From contig NC_043010.1 of NCBI RefSeq assembly GCF_006345805.1, positions 22,940,001 to 23,004,000 on the forward strand: a DNA stretch of 64,000 bases. Reading direction: 5' to 3'. Below, one piece after another: positions 52,870 through 64,000 of this stretch (its first letter is position 1; the number at the start of each line of letters is the position of its first letter). The notes below the pieces were generated by a model, which did not search any database, was not told where the DNA came from, and saw only the letters and a program-made list of their open reading frames with translations. A program made the translations under genes and the position numbers. The DNA is from Octopus sinensis (lineage: Eukaryota).

Positions 52870-55800
52870 AATAGTAAAAAGTGAAAAAACTACAGAAGGC
52901 TTGTTTTAAAAGGTTAAAAAATATATTTGAGTCATTATATCCGAAGAATGTTATAAAAATTTTTTATACGTTGACATTTTTGAAGAAATTATCGGTTTCG
53001 TGTTAACTTTTCAAATTCTCAAAACATCGTGTTATATCTTCGTCATCAAGTATAAAGAAGAGTTCCAGGTAAGGGGAGGTAATAAGTGATTTCTTCCGGT
53101 GTAAGGGAGATAATCGCTTTATATTTCTTGTCCCTTTTATTTAATAGGGTGAGTTTCTCTGTATAAGAATGTGGTTAAGAGTGGTTAAGTTTGGGCTTAT
53201 ATTTTTCAATGAAGAATGTTTCCTTGTTTAATCTAATTTGTGTTGGTGTTCCAATAGCACATTGATAAAGTGGAAAGATTAAAAATTGTGGTAGTAGTTG
53301 CTTTGCGCATTTCTCAATATGCTCACTAAAGGGTATCATTCTGTATTCTGGGAATGCAATCAGTTGTCGATGCAGTGTTTTGGTGGCAGCCCGAGCATCT
53401 TATGACATAAATTATGTTTTCAGAAGCACAAGTAAAATTAGATTTGATCTTGAATTTTTGTCCCTCTTTGAAGAGGAATTCTGATCCTTCTAGAAGGTTT
53501 GGGCATGTTGCGCAGTTTGGTCTACTACATTTTTTTACTTTTGCATCCGTAATTTCAGAAAATAATTTTGCCTTTGTGAGAATCTTTTTAAGTGATTTAG
53601 GTTGTTTGTAGCTTTTAATGATTTTATATATGTTTAGAATTTCCTTTAATTTGGGGTCCTTATGAAGTATTGGTAAATTCTGGGTGATGATGGAGAAGGC
53701 TTCTTTGTTTCTGGGGTTGTATGTGGATATGTAAGGCAGTATTTTCGGGGAAGGTGTGTTGTTGTGTTGAACTTTTCTCAAAGTTTCTATGTCGATTTCT
53801 GTTGCACGTCTGATCCCATCCTCTATGAGTTGAGCTGGGTAGTGTCTGTCAATAAGGGTGTTTTTGAGTTCTTGTAGCCTAAAGTTCCTGGTATTTTGTT
53901 CTGACACTATTGTGCATATCCTTCTTGCAAGGTTGAAAGGGATGTTTGTTTTAGTGTGTTTTGGGTGGCATGAATCAAAAAGTAGGTATTGTTTAGCGTC
54001 TGTGGCTTTGTAAAAAAATGTCGGTTTCTATTTTAAGGTTAATGTTTTTAATTAGTATATCTAAGAATGGAAGCTCCTTTTGGTTGTATTCCATTGTGAA
54101 CTGTATATTTGGGTTGATGCTGTTCAATAGGTTTTTGAATTTTAGGAGTTTATCTGTGTTTTCATTCCAGAGTATAAAACAATCGTCCAGGAATCGTTTT
54201 CAATTCTCTTTTATGTATTGAGAGAGGGGGTTTCCAAAGGTCGATAAAGATTCCTGGTAAACAATTATTTCCAGGTAGCCCATTGTTAGGTTCGCAATGA
54301 CTGGTGCTGCCATAATTATGAGGTATACTGGTATATAAATTAACTACATCAAATGAAACCATGATTGTTTCTTCCTTGACTTTTTTTGGAAGGTGGTTTA
54401 ACATATCCAAGTCATCTCTGATATGACTATCGATATGTTTAAGGAAGGATTTCAGGAGGATGTCCATAAATAGACTTAATCAGTGTGTTTCACAGGTTGG
54501 GCCAGCAACAATGGGTCGTAGTTTTAGGTCCCCCGGGTTAGGTGTGTGTATGTATGTCTTTGGTGATTTTTTAATGGTTTCATTTATAATTTGGCTTTTA
54601 TGTATTTTTGGCAGGCCATAGAAGAGGCTAGGCTTGCATTTAATGTTTGTCAGAAAGTCAATCTCTTTGGTTGTTAGTTCCTTTTCATGGGTTTTAATTA
54701 GTGAAGATAGAGTTTTCATTATTTTTTGCGGGGTGTAGCTGGTAATTTTTTCATAATGTTGATTGTCATCAAGCAAGGAAATTACAAGATTTCTATAGTA
54801 TGATGTATCCATTATTACAACTGCACTTCCTTTGTCTGCTTCCTTAATGGTTATATCTTCATCATTTTGAAGTTCTATCAGTTCCTTCCATTGTGTAGTG
54901 TTAAAATTTGAGTTAACTGTTTGTTTATGTATAGTATGGTAGGGAAAGTTCTCAATGTGGCTGCAGAACTCGTCAAGATCTTTATTTCTTCCTCTGTGGT
55001 GGATGTGTTCACTTTTGTTCTTGACTAGTGATTCATCTTCAGTATTGAAACTGGATGATGCTTCTGCTAGTCTTAATTTTCTGCAAAATTCTGTTATATT
55101 ATCCTTGATTTCATTTAGGTTGGCTCTGCGTGGAATTGGCGTAAATTTTAGCCCTTTTGAGAGGATGTCAATTTTTATGTTAGAGAGAGGTTTGGTTGAA
55201 AGGTTGATTATCTTCGGTTTTTCCTTATTACTAGGTTCCAGCCTGTGTCCTGGTGTCTCTGATCCCGGGCTAAAAAATGTTGGGTGTAATTTTGTTTGTA
55301 TGAGTTGTCTGTGAGGTTGTGTGATATTGGTTCGGGGGAACGGTGGTATTATTGCCTCCGATTGTTGTGTGTGTGTGGGAATCTATGGTTGTTTTCGTTT
55401 GTGGTGTGTGTAAAATATTCGTATGTGATATATTTTTGTTTCGAATTGCTTGTATGTGGGATGTTGCTTGACTTAGTGGGGGTTTTTTTGCGTTTGTCTT
55501 GTGTTCGGTGGAGACCAGTAATTATGGTGCATGGGGTAGTAGCGACTTGTGTGTGGTGTAGTTCTTATTCTAGTGTTATTTTGTGCTGTTATGTGGTGGT
55601 TGGGTCTGGTATTAGGATGTTGTTGGTGTGTTCTGTTCTTGGTGTAATCTATTTCATAGACGCGTTGTCTGTCAGCTTGTTCCCTGTTAAGTCTTGCGTG
55701 GTTCAAAAATGTTGGTTGTGGGTGATTTCTGTTTCTAGTGTATGGAGGATAGTTGGGGGTGGTTTGTGGGTTGTTCGGTTTTTCTTTTTTATTTTTTGTA

Positions 55801-55933
55801 ATTTTCTTAAGAAAGGGATTTATGTCACTGTATAAAAGAAATTTTATAACATTCTTCTGACATAATGACTCAAATATATTTTTTAACCTTTTAAAACAAG
55901 CCTTCTGTAGTTTTTTCACTTTTTACTATTTTC
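52867..55933 (-). mobile_element. Penelope-like element (probably Neptune-type; RT plus GIY-YIG), disrupted, with ~110-bp inverted termini
   Basis: KEADKGSAVVIMD, FYGLPKIHK, LRPIVAGP, SFDVVNLYTSIP, RFLDD, LPFLDI, YLLFDSCHP; Cys linker CSRPNCATC; NIIYVIRCSGC. 52867-52977 is the reverse complement of 55822-55933. Confidence 0.9.
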
Positions 55934-55973
55934 TATATATTCAACCACGTGCTTTTACACACCAACTTTCTCA

Positions 55974-56019
<46 letters not shown>

Positions 56020-56162
56020 TACATATACATATGTGTGTATGAGAGTACACGCAAGTCAGATATATATGAGTGTGTGTGTGAGTGCATGTACATTTCCACA
56101 TACACGCATACGCATACGCAACACACACACACACGCATACGCATACGCACACACACACACAA

Positions 56163-56205
<43 letters not shown>

Positions 56206-56225
56206 CATACATCTATATATATATA

Positions 56226-56698
<473 letters not shown>

Positions 56699-56701
56699 AC
56701 A

Positions 56702-59700
56702 AATTTTCTGGTTAATTCCGTAATGGAATCGGCGGCTTATATTTATTTGCTGCCGATAAATTTGGCGCGAGTGCGATGATTTGAAAATTTTAGGTCAGAT
56801 ATTGCCGACGCAGGGACGGGAATGCCTCGTGAAAAATATCTGTTCCGACTTGGCTATTTCTTACTGATGAATCTAAGGGCCTATGGTAGATTGGCTTGAT
56901 TTAATTTAATCAGGTTAGTTACCATTAAACAGTAATGAAACGGTGCATCGTATAAGAAATTACAGGGTAAATGTTTTTTAATTTTCTCCTGGTTTACGGA
57001 ATTGATGTTATTTTGCGGTTGAAGATTTTGGCTGTTATTTCTAGTGGGTGAATGGCCTATTATGGCCGTTCCTTGATTGTGATGTTGAACTTAAAAATGG
57101 TCTATGACTATTTAATTTTTTCCCACTAGGCCGCTGGTGGCAAAAAAATTCTACAAAATTTTTTGCCACCCTATATTGATTAATTTTGAATTTTCTGGTT
57201 AATTCCGTAATGGAATCGGCGGCTTATATTTATTTGCTGCCGATAAATTTGGCGCGAGTGCGATGATTTGAACATTTTAGGTCAGATATTGCCGAGGCAG
57301 GGACGGGAATGCCTCGTGAAAAATATCTGTTCCGACTTGGCTATTTCTTACTGATGAATCTAAGGGCCTATGGTAGATTGGCTTGATTTAATTTAATCAG
57401 TTTAGTTTACCATTAAACAGTAATGAAACGGTGCATCGTATAAGAAATTACAGGGTAAATGTTTTTTAATTTTCTCCTGGTTTACGGAATTGATGTTATT
57501 TTGCGGTTGAAGCTTTTGGCTGTTATTTCTAGTGGGTGAATGGCCTATTATGGCCGTTCCTTGATTGTGATGTTGAACTTAAAAATGGTCTATGACTATT
57601 TAATTTTTTCCCACTAGGCCGCTGGTGGCAAAAAAATTCTACAAAATTTTTTGCCACCCTATATTGATTAATTATGAATTTTCTGGTTAATTCCGTAATG
57701 GAATCGGCGGCTTATATTTATTTGCTGCCGATAAATTTGGCGCGAGTGCGATGATTTGAACATTTTAGGTCAGATATTGCCGAGGCAGGGACGGGAATGC
57801 CTCTTGAAAAATATCTGTTCCGACTTGGCTATTTCTTACTGATAAATCTAAGGGCCTATGGTAGATTGGCTTGATTTAATTTAATCAGGTTAGTTTACCA
57901 TTAAACAGTAGATGAAACGGTGCATCGTATAAGAAATTACAGGGTAAATGTTTTTTAATTTTCTCCTGGTTTACGGAATTGATGTTATTTTGCGGTTGAA
58001 GCTTTTGGCTGTTATTTCTAGTGGGTGAATGGCCTATTATGGCCGTTCCTTGATTGTGATGTTGAACTTAAAAATGGTCTATGACTATTTAATTTTTTCC
58101 CACTAGGCCGCTGGTGGCAAAAAAATTCTACAAAATTTTTTGCCACCCTATATTGATTAATTATGAATTTTCTGGTTAATTCCGTAATGGAATCGGCGGC
58201 TTATATTTATTTGCTGCCGATAAATTTGGCGCGAGTGCGATGATTTGAAAATTTTAGGTCAGATATTGCCGAGGCAGGGACGGGAATGCCTCTGAAAAAT
58301 ATCTGTTCCGACTTGGCTATTTCTTACTGATGAATCTAAGGGCCTATGGTAGATTGGCTTGATTTAATTTAATCAGGTTAGTTTACCATTAAACAGTAGA
58401 TGAAACGGTGCATCGTATAAGAAATTACAGGGTAAATGTTTTTTAATTTTCTCCTGGTTTACGGAATTGATGTTATTTTGCGGTGAAGCTTTTGGCTGTT
58501 ATTTCTAGTGGGTGAATGGCCTATTATGGCCGTTCCTTGATTGTGATGTTGAACTTAAAAATGGTCTATGACTATTTAATTTTTTCCCACTAGGCCGCTG
58601 GTGGCAAAAAAATTCTACAAAATTTTTTGCCACCCTATATTGATTAATTATGAATTTTCTGGTTAATTCCGTAATGGAATCGGCGGCTTATATTTATTTG
58701 CTGCCGATAAATTTGGCGCGAGTGCGATGATTTGAACATTTTAGGTCAGATATTGCCGAGGCAGGGACGGGAATGCCTCGTGAAAAATATCTCTTCCGAC
58801 TTGGCTATTTCTTACTGATGAATCTAAGGGCCTATGGTAGATTGGCTTGATTTAATTTAATCAGGTTAGTTTACCATTAAACATAGATGAAACGGTGCAT
58901 CGTATAAGAAATTACAGGGTAAATGTTTTTTAATTTTCTCCTGGTTACGGAATTGATGTTATTTTGCGGTTGAAGCTTTTGGCTGTTATTTCTAGTGGGT
59001 GAATGGCCTATTATGGCCGTTCCTTGATTGTGATGTTGAACTTAAAAATGGTCTATGACTATTAATTTTTTCCCACTAGGCCGCTGGTGGCAAAAAAATT
59101 CTACAAAATTTTTTGGCCACCCTATATTGATTAATTATGAATTTTCTGGTTAATTCCGTAATGGAATCGGCGGCTTATATTTATTTGCTGCCGATAAATT
59201 TGGCGCGAGTGCGATTATTTGAACATTTTAGGTCAGATATTGCCGAGGCAGGGACGGGAATGCCTCTTGAAAAATATCTGTTCCGACTTGGCTATTTCTT
59301 ACTGATAAATCTAAGGGCCTATGGTAGATTGGCTTGATTAATTTAATCAGGTTAGTTTACCATTAAACAGTAGATGAACGGTGCATCGTATAAGAAATTA
59401 CAGGGTAAATGTTTTTTAATTTTCTCCTGGTTTACGGAATTGATGTTATTTTGCGGTTGAAGCTTTTGGCTGTTATTTCTAGTGGGTGAATGGCCTATTA
59501 TGGCCGTTCCTTGATTGTGATGTTGAACTTAAAAATGGTCTATGACTATTTAATTTTTTCCTACTAGGCCGCTGGTGGCAAAAAAATTCTACAAAATTTT
59601 TTGCCACCCTATATTGATTAATTATGAATTTTCTGTTAATTCCGTAATGGAATCGGCGGCTTATATTTATTTGCTGCCGATAATTTGGCGCGAGTGCGAT

Positions 59701-60593
59701 GATTTGAAAATTTTAGGTCAGATATTGCCGAGGCAGGGACGGGAATGCCTCGTGAAAAATATCTGTTCCGACTTGGCTATTTCTTACTGATGAATCTAAG
59801 GGCCTATGGTAGATTGGCTTGATTAATTTAATCAGGTTAGTTTACCATTAAACAGTAGATGAAACGGTGCATCGTATAAGAATTACAGGGTAAATGTTTT
59901 TTAATTTTCTCCTGGTTTACGGAATTGATGTTATTTTGCGGTTGAAGCTTTTGGCTGTTATTTCTAGTGGGTGAATGGCCTATTATGGCCGTTCCTTGAT
60001 TGTGATGTTGAACTTAAAAATGGTCTATGACTATTTAATTTTTTCCCACTAGGCCGCTGGTGGCAAAAAAATTCTACAAAATTTTTTGCCACCCTATATT
60101 GATTAATTATGAATTTTCTGTTAATTCCGTAATGGAATCGGCGGCTTATATTTATTTGCTGCCGATAAATTTGGCGCGAGTGCGATGATTTGAACATTTT
60201 AGGTCAGATATTGCCGAGGCAGGGACGGGAATGCCTCGTGAAAAATATCTGTTCCGACTTGGCTATTTCTTACTGATGAATCTAAGGGCCTATGGTAGAT
60301 TGGCTTGATTAATTTAATCAGGTTAGTTTACCATTAAACAGTAGATGAAACGGTGCATCGTATAAGAAATTACAGGGTAAATGTTTTTTAATTTTCTCCT
60401 GGTTTACGGATTGATGTTATTTTGCGGTTGAAGCTTTTGGCTGTTATTTCTAGTGGGTGAATGGCCTATTATGGCCGTTCCTTGATTATGATGTTGAACT
60501 TAAAAATGGTCTATGACTATTTAATTTTTTCCCACTAGGCCGCTGGTGGCAAAAGAATTCTACAAAATTTTTTGCCACCCTATATTGATTAAT
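56702..60593 (+). repeat. tandem array of 8 x ~488-bp hammerhead-containing units (retrozyme-like)
   Basis: Marker gatgttgaac recurs at 57081, 57569, 58058, 58545, 59032, 59519, 60004, 60490; units nearly identical; flanked by TA microsatellites. Confidence 0.95.
58319..58425 (+). ncRNA. type I hammerhead ribozyme (representative; others at 56856, 57343, 57831, 58807, 59294, 59779, 60265)
   Basis: AUUUCUUA CUGAUGA AUCUA-[19-bp GU-rich hairpin]-UAGAU GAAA CGGUGCAUCG UA UAAGAAAU: 8-bp stem I, canonical core, GUA cleavage after 58417. Confidence 0.9.
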
Positions 60594-60633
60594 ATATATA
60601 TATATAATATATATATATATATATTATATATAT

Positions 60634-60680
<47 letters not shown>

Positions 60681-60699
60681 CATATATATATATATATAA

Positions 60700-60731
<32 letters not shown>

Positions 60732-60774
60732 CATACATCTATATATATATATATATATAATATATATATATAAT

Positions 60775-60837
<63 letters not shown>

Positions 60838-61349
60838 ACATGCACACACATTCACACTTACTATGGATGCTTTATGCTAGTTTTACGCCTACTTTGTCAC
60901 GGTACACAAGAGAATATGGTATATTCCACAGGTTTGCCATGAGGTTTTATGACGTACCTTTTTAAAAATAAAATCTTAGAATATTAATAAAAACAAAATT
61001 ACTTGAGGCTGTCTTTTTTCAAGTGCAGTATCAGTGCATATATATTAACACACCTGTGTTGCACTTGGATATGCAGCAATGCAGATCCTGTTTGCATTTT
61101 CTGCTTTGAAAGCATTTCGGTGACACGTATACTACATCAAAGGGACATCATCTTAATTGTTCCAATCACAGCTTTACGGCTTTCGTGTATTTTCGATCAT
61201 TTTCTGGTACCTGTCTTATTCGTCGGCAATATTTTTGGACATTGAAATCAAACAACTTGTTTCATCAGATTGTTTTTAACCTTTTTCCTATACTCGGGTC
61301 AATCCCTTCGTTAATCTGGCCATATAAACTGTGTCAATCATTATATATA

Positions 61350-61406
<57 letters not shown>

Positions 61407-62884
61407 CCTCCCCCACCTCCCTCTCTCTGTATATATAAATATAAATACATACATATATCTATGTGTGTTTATAAACTGGTGGCAGCGCAAATTGTAGAAT
61501 AATAAATAAAGTGAATATCTCTTGTGTGGAGAATGGAATGAGAACATTCTACAGGTTCGGTTCGATAGTCGAAGAATATTTAATGTGATGGTTAGTTATA
61601 TATTCTTCGTTGGCTATTCACAATGTTGGATAGGATGCGTGTGAAGACAATGACCACACTTAAATTTAATTGAGTTTTCCAATATTTTATTAACCGGCAT
61701 CGTTTATATTTACAAGTGTAAATCCAATAAATTAATGGAACAAAGTCCAGCGAGCATAACGGTTAGGAATATTCTGTATTACAACTTGCTGCTTAATATT
61801 ATGGAAGAAGTGCAAGGAATTTAAATTACAGCTTATAAATTAATGTGCGTTGCTCAGCGCTACAAATTAAGATTGGCGCCCTTTGTTGAGTACAACATAA
61901 GCATGTTACGTAAGAAAGATAAAAGAAGGGCAGAGACCAACTTGCTGAGCCAATTGACATAGATTCTTCTAGATGTTTGGGTGACTATTTGGCCTGAGGT
62001 TGAATTTCCCGGTTTTTATAGCTATAAGCTACCCTTCTAGAAAGGTCGGCAAAACAGTTTAGAGGTAAAATTCTCACCCTTCCTCGGAAGTTTGCCGCGT
62101 CAATTATTAGTTAGCCGGTGTTGAATGGTCAGCGATAGGCGTTAATGGTTTTATGACGGTATTTTTCCATTTAAAGAGAAACATTGGACGGTGGTCCTCG
62201 ATTAAGAAAATCTGAAAGCTATGGTTTAATACTTTGCTAAGATCTCGCTTCAAATATTAAAGATAAAACAGGAACCTGAAGGTCTTTGCTGGATACAACA
62301 GAAGGAATCTTGGCACTAAAACAACCGAGATGAGAACACTACTTCGAATATTATCTTTTAATTATCACAGATAATTTTAAAATACAAAAACAGTGGGGGG
62401 GGGGAATGATTGGGAGATATTCAAATTTGCCACTGACTGTATTGATTTCTCCAATCTCGGAGTGGGACCTGTAAAAGCATGCTCAATTTTCTAACTAATC
62501 TTGATATCGGAAAGTGAATATATTTAAGGTTATTACAAGATTTCCAGTTCTATTTTCTTGTTTTGAAAACTTCTGAGAGTATCCACGCCACATGCTAATA
62601 TTGAATGCCTACAAGACCTCAAAGGAATACTGGACAAATTTGATTAAAAATACAATTTATTTAGAGTAATCATGACATTAATTGTAGTAATTTTAATGTT
62701 TTTTGAGTAAGGCTCCATATTTATTTACTTTTATGAAGCACAACTTAAACCATCCTTTTGATGGTTTATACAACATTCCCCATTGAACCAATATCCTTGG
62801 TCCAACTGAAGACTGGCTTTTTAAAACAATTTATAAAAAATATTGTGAATTCATGTGAATTATTTTAGGTATTACAAAAGCCAA

Positions 62885-63040
62885 GGCCGGGACTGCGTGG
62901 TAAATAGCTTGTTTAACAACCTCATGGTTCCGAGTTCAGTCCCACTGCGTGGCACCTTGGGCAAGTGTCTCCTACCATAGCCTCGGGCCGACCAAGCCTT
63001 ATGAGTGGATTTGGTAGATGGAAACTGAAAGAAACCCGCC

Positions 63041-63090
<50 letters not shown>

Positions 63091-63320
63091 TGTGTGTGTG
63101 TGAGTGTATGTTTGTGTGTCGCTGTTTGTCCCGACACCAACGCTTGACAACCGATATCGGTGTGTTGACGTCCCCGTAAATTAGCAGTTCGGCAAAAGAG
63201 ACCGATAGAATAAGTACTAGGCTTACAAAAACATAAGTCCTGGCGTCGATTTGCTCGACTAAAGTCGGTGCTCAAGCATGGCCGTAGTCAAATGACTGAA
63301 ACAAATAAAAGAAAAAGAAA
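62885..63320 (+). mobile_element. SINE family A, full length
   Basis: gagttcagtcccactgcgtggcaccttgggcaagtg...cggtgctcaagcatggccgtagtcaaatgactgaaacaa. Confidence 0.85.
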
Positions 63321-64000
63321 ATATATATGTGTATGTATGTATGTATGTATGTATGTATGTATGTATGTATGTATGTATGTATGTATGTATGTATGTGTGT
63401 GTGTATGCATGTATGTATGTGTGTATGTATGTATGTATAGTGCCTTCACGTATTCCTCCACATGGCATAAGAAGCTATATAAGAGGATGATAGAACAAGA
63501 CAAAATACGAGAAATACACACACAGACGCACACACACACGCATGCACACACATACACACACACACGCTCACACACACATATATATTTATACACACATACA
63601 TACATAAATATGTGTCTGGGTATATTCGTGTATGTATATGTGTAGTTATGTATGTACGTATGCATATCATAAATATATATATATACAACTTATAAACAAG
63701 GGCTAAAGAAAATGATTTCTATGCCAATATACTGATAACAGACTTTTAAATCAATTTCCACACATTATTTACTCGCAACAGAAAAGACGTAGAGCTGAAA
63801 TCGAGGAAAGCCAGCCAATAGAATTTTTTTTAAAATGTTCGTTATTTCTATATTGAATCAATTTCGGAATTAATATCATAATAAATTTTTCCGCCTCAGT
63901 AGAAAATACGAAAAGAAATAAATGAAATACTTACATGCGTCCATGGAAAAAAGCCGAAGCAAAAATCATGAGTACATATAAGTACCCCAGATATATCTAA

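Noticed and set aside
55473-55919. 148-aa ORF as a separate gene
   Set aside because: Chimeric reading of the inverted PLE terminus into the PLE N-terminal low-complexity region.
56702-60593. CRISPR array, coding repeat or rDNA
   Set aside because: Units are near-identical 488-mers with no unique spacers; the short ORFs appear only where indels shift frames; no rRNA similarity recognised.

Overview
Gene-free, AT-rich animal genomic DNA made almost entirely of microsatellites ((TA)n, (CA)n, (GATA)n, (ATT)n, (GAT)n, (CT)n) and mobile elements. The SINE and microsatellite make-up resembles an octopus-like cephalopod genome (inference). No host protein-coding gene is supported; most ORFs in the track are microsatellite translations. 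Recognisable elements: two complementary pieces of one CR1-group LINE; an R4/Dong-type RLE LINE plus three more R4/Dong fragments, all inside (TAA)n tracts; four copies of a ~555-bp non-coding (TAA)n-embedded element; several tRNA-derived SINE families; a mariner deletion derivative; a U2 snRNA pseudogene; and a Penelope-like element (PLE; RT + GIY-YIG) with inverted termini. The stand-out signal is a set of hammerhead-ribozyme (HHR) elements. An 8-unit ~488-bp tandem array (56702-60593) carries a type I HHR in every unit, has a fold-back inverted head and sits ~400 bp from the PLE. A second, apparently unrelated 364-bp HHR unit (35641-36265) has the same tandem-plus-inverted architecture, and several decayed HHR motifs occur elsewhere. 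These look like retrozyme (circular-RNA-type) non-autonomous retroelements mobilised by PLEs. All coordinates and base pairings were read by eye; nothing was computed or searched.
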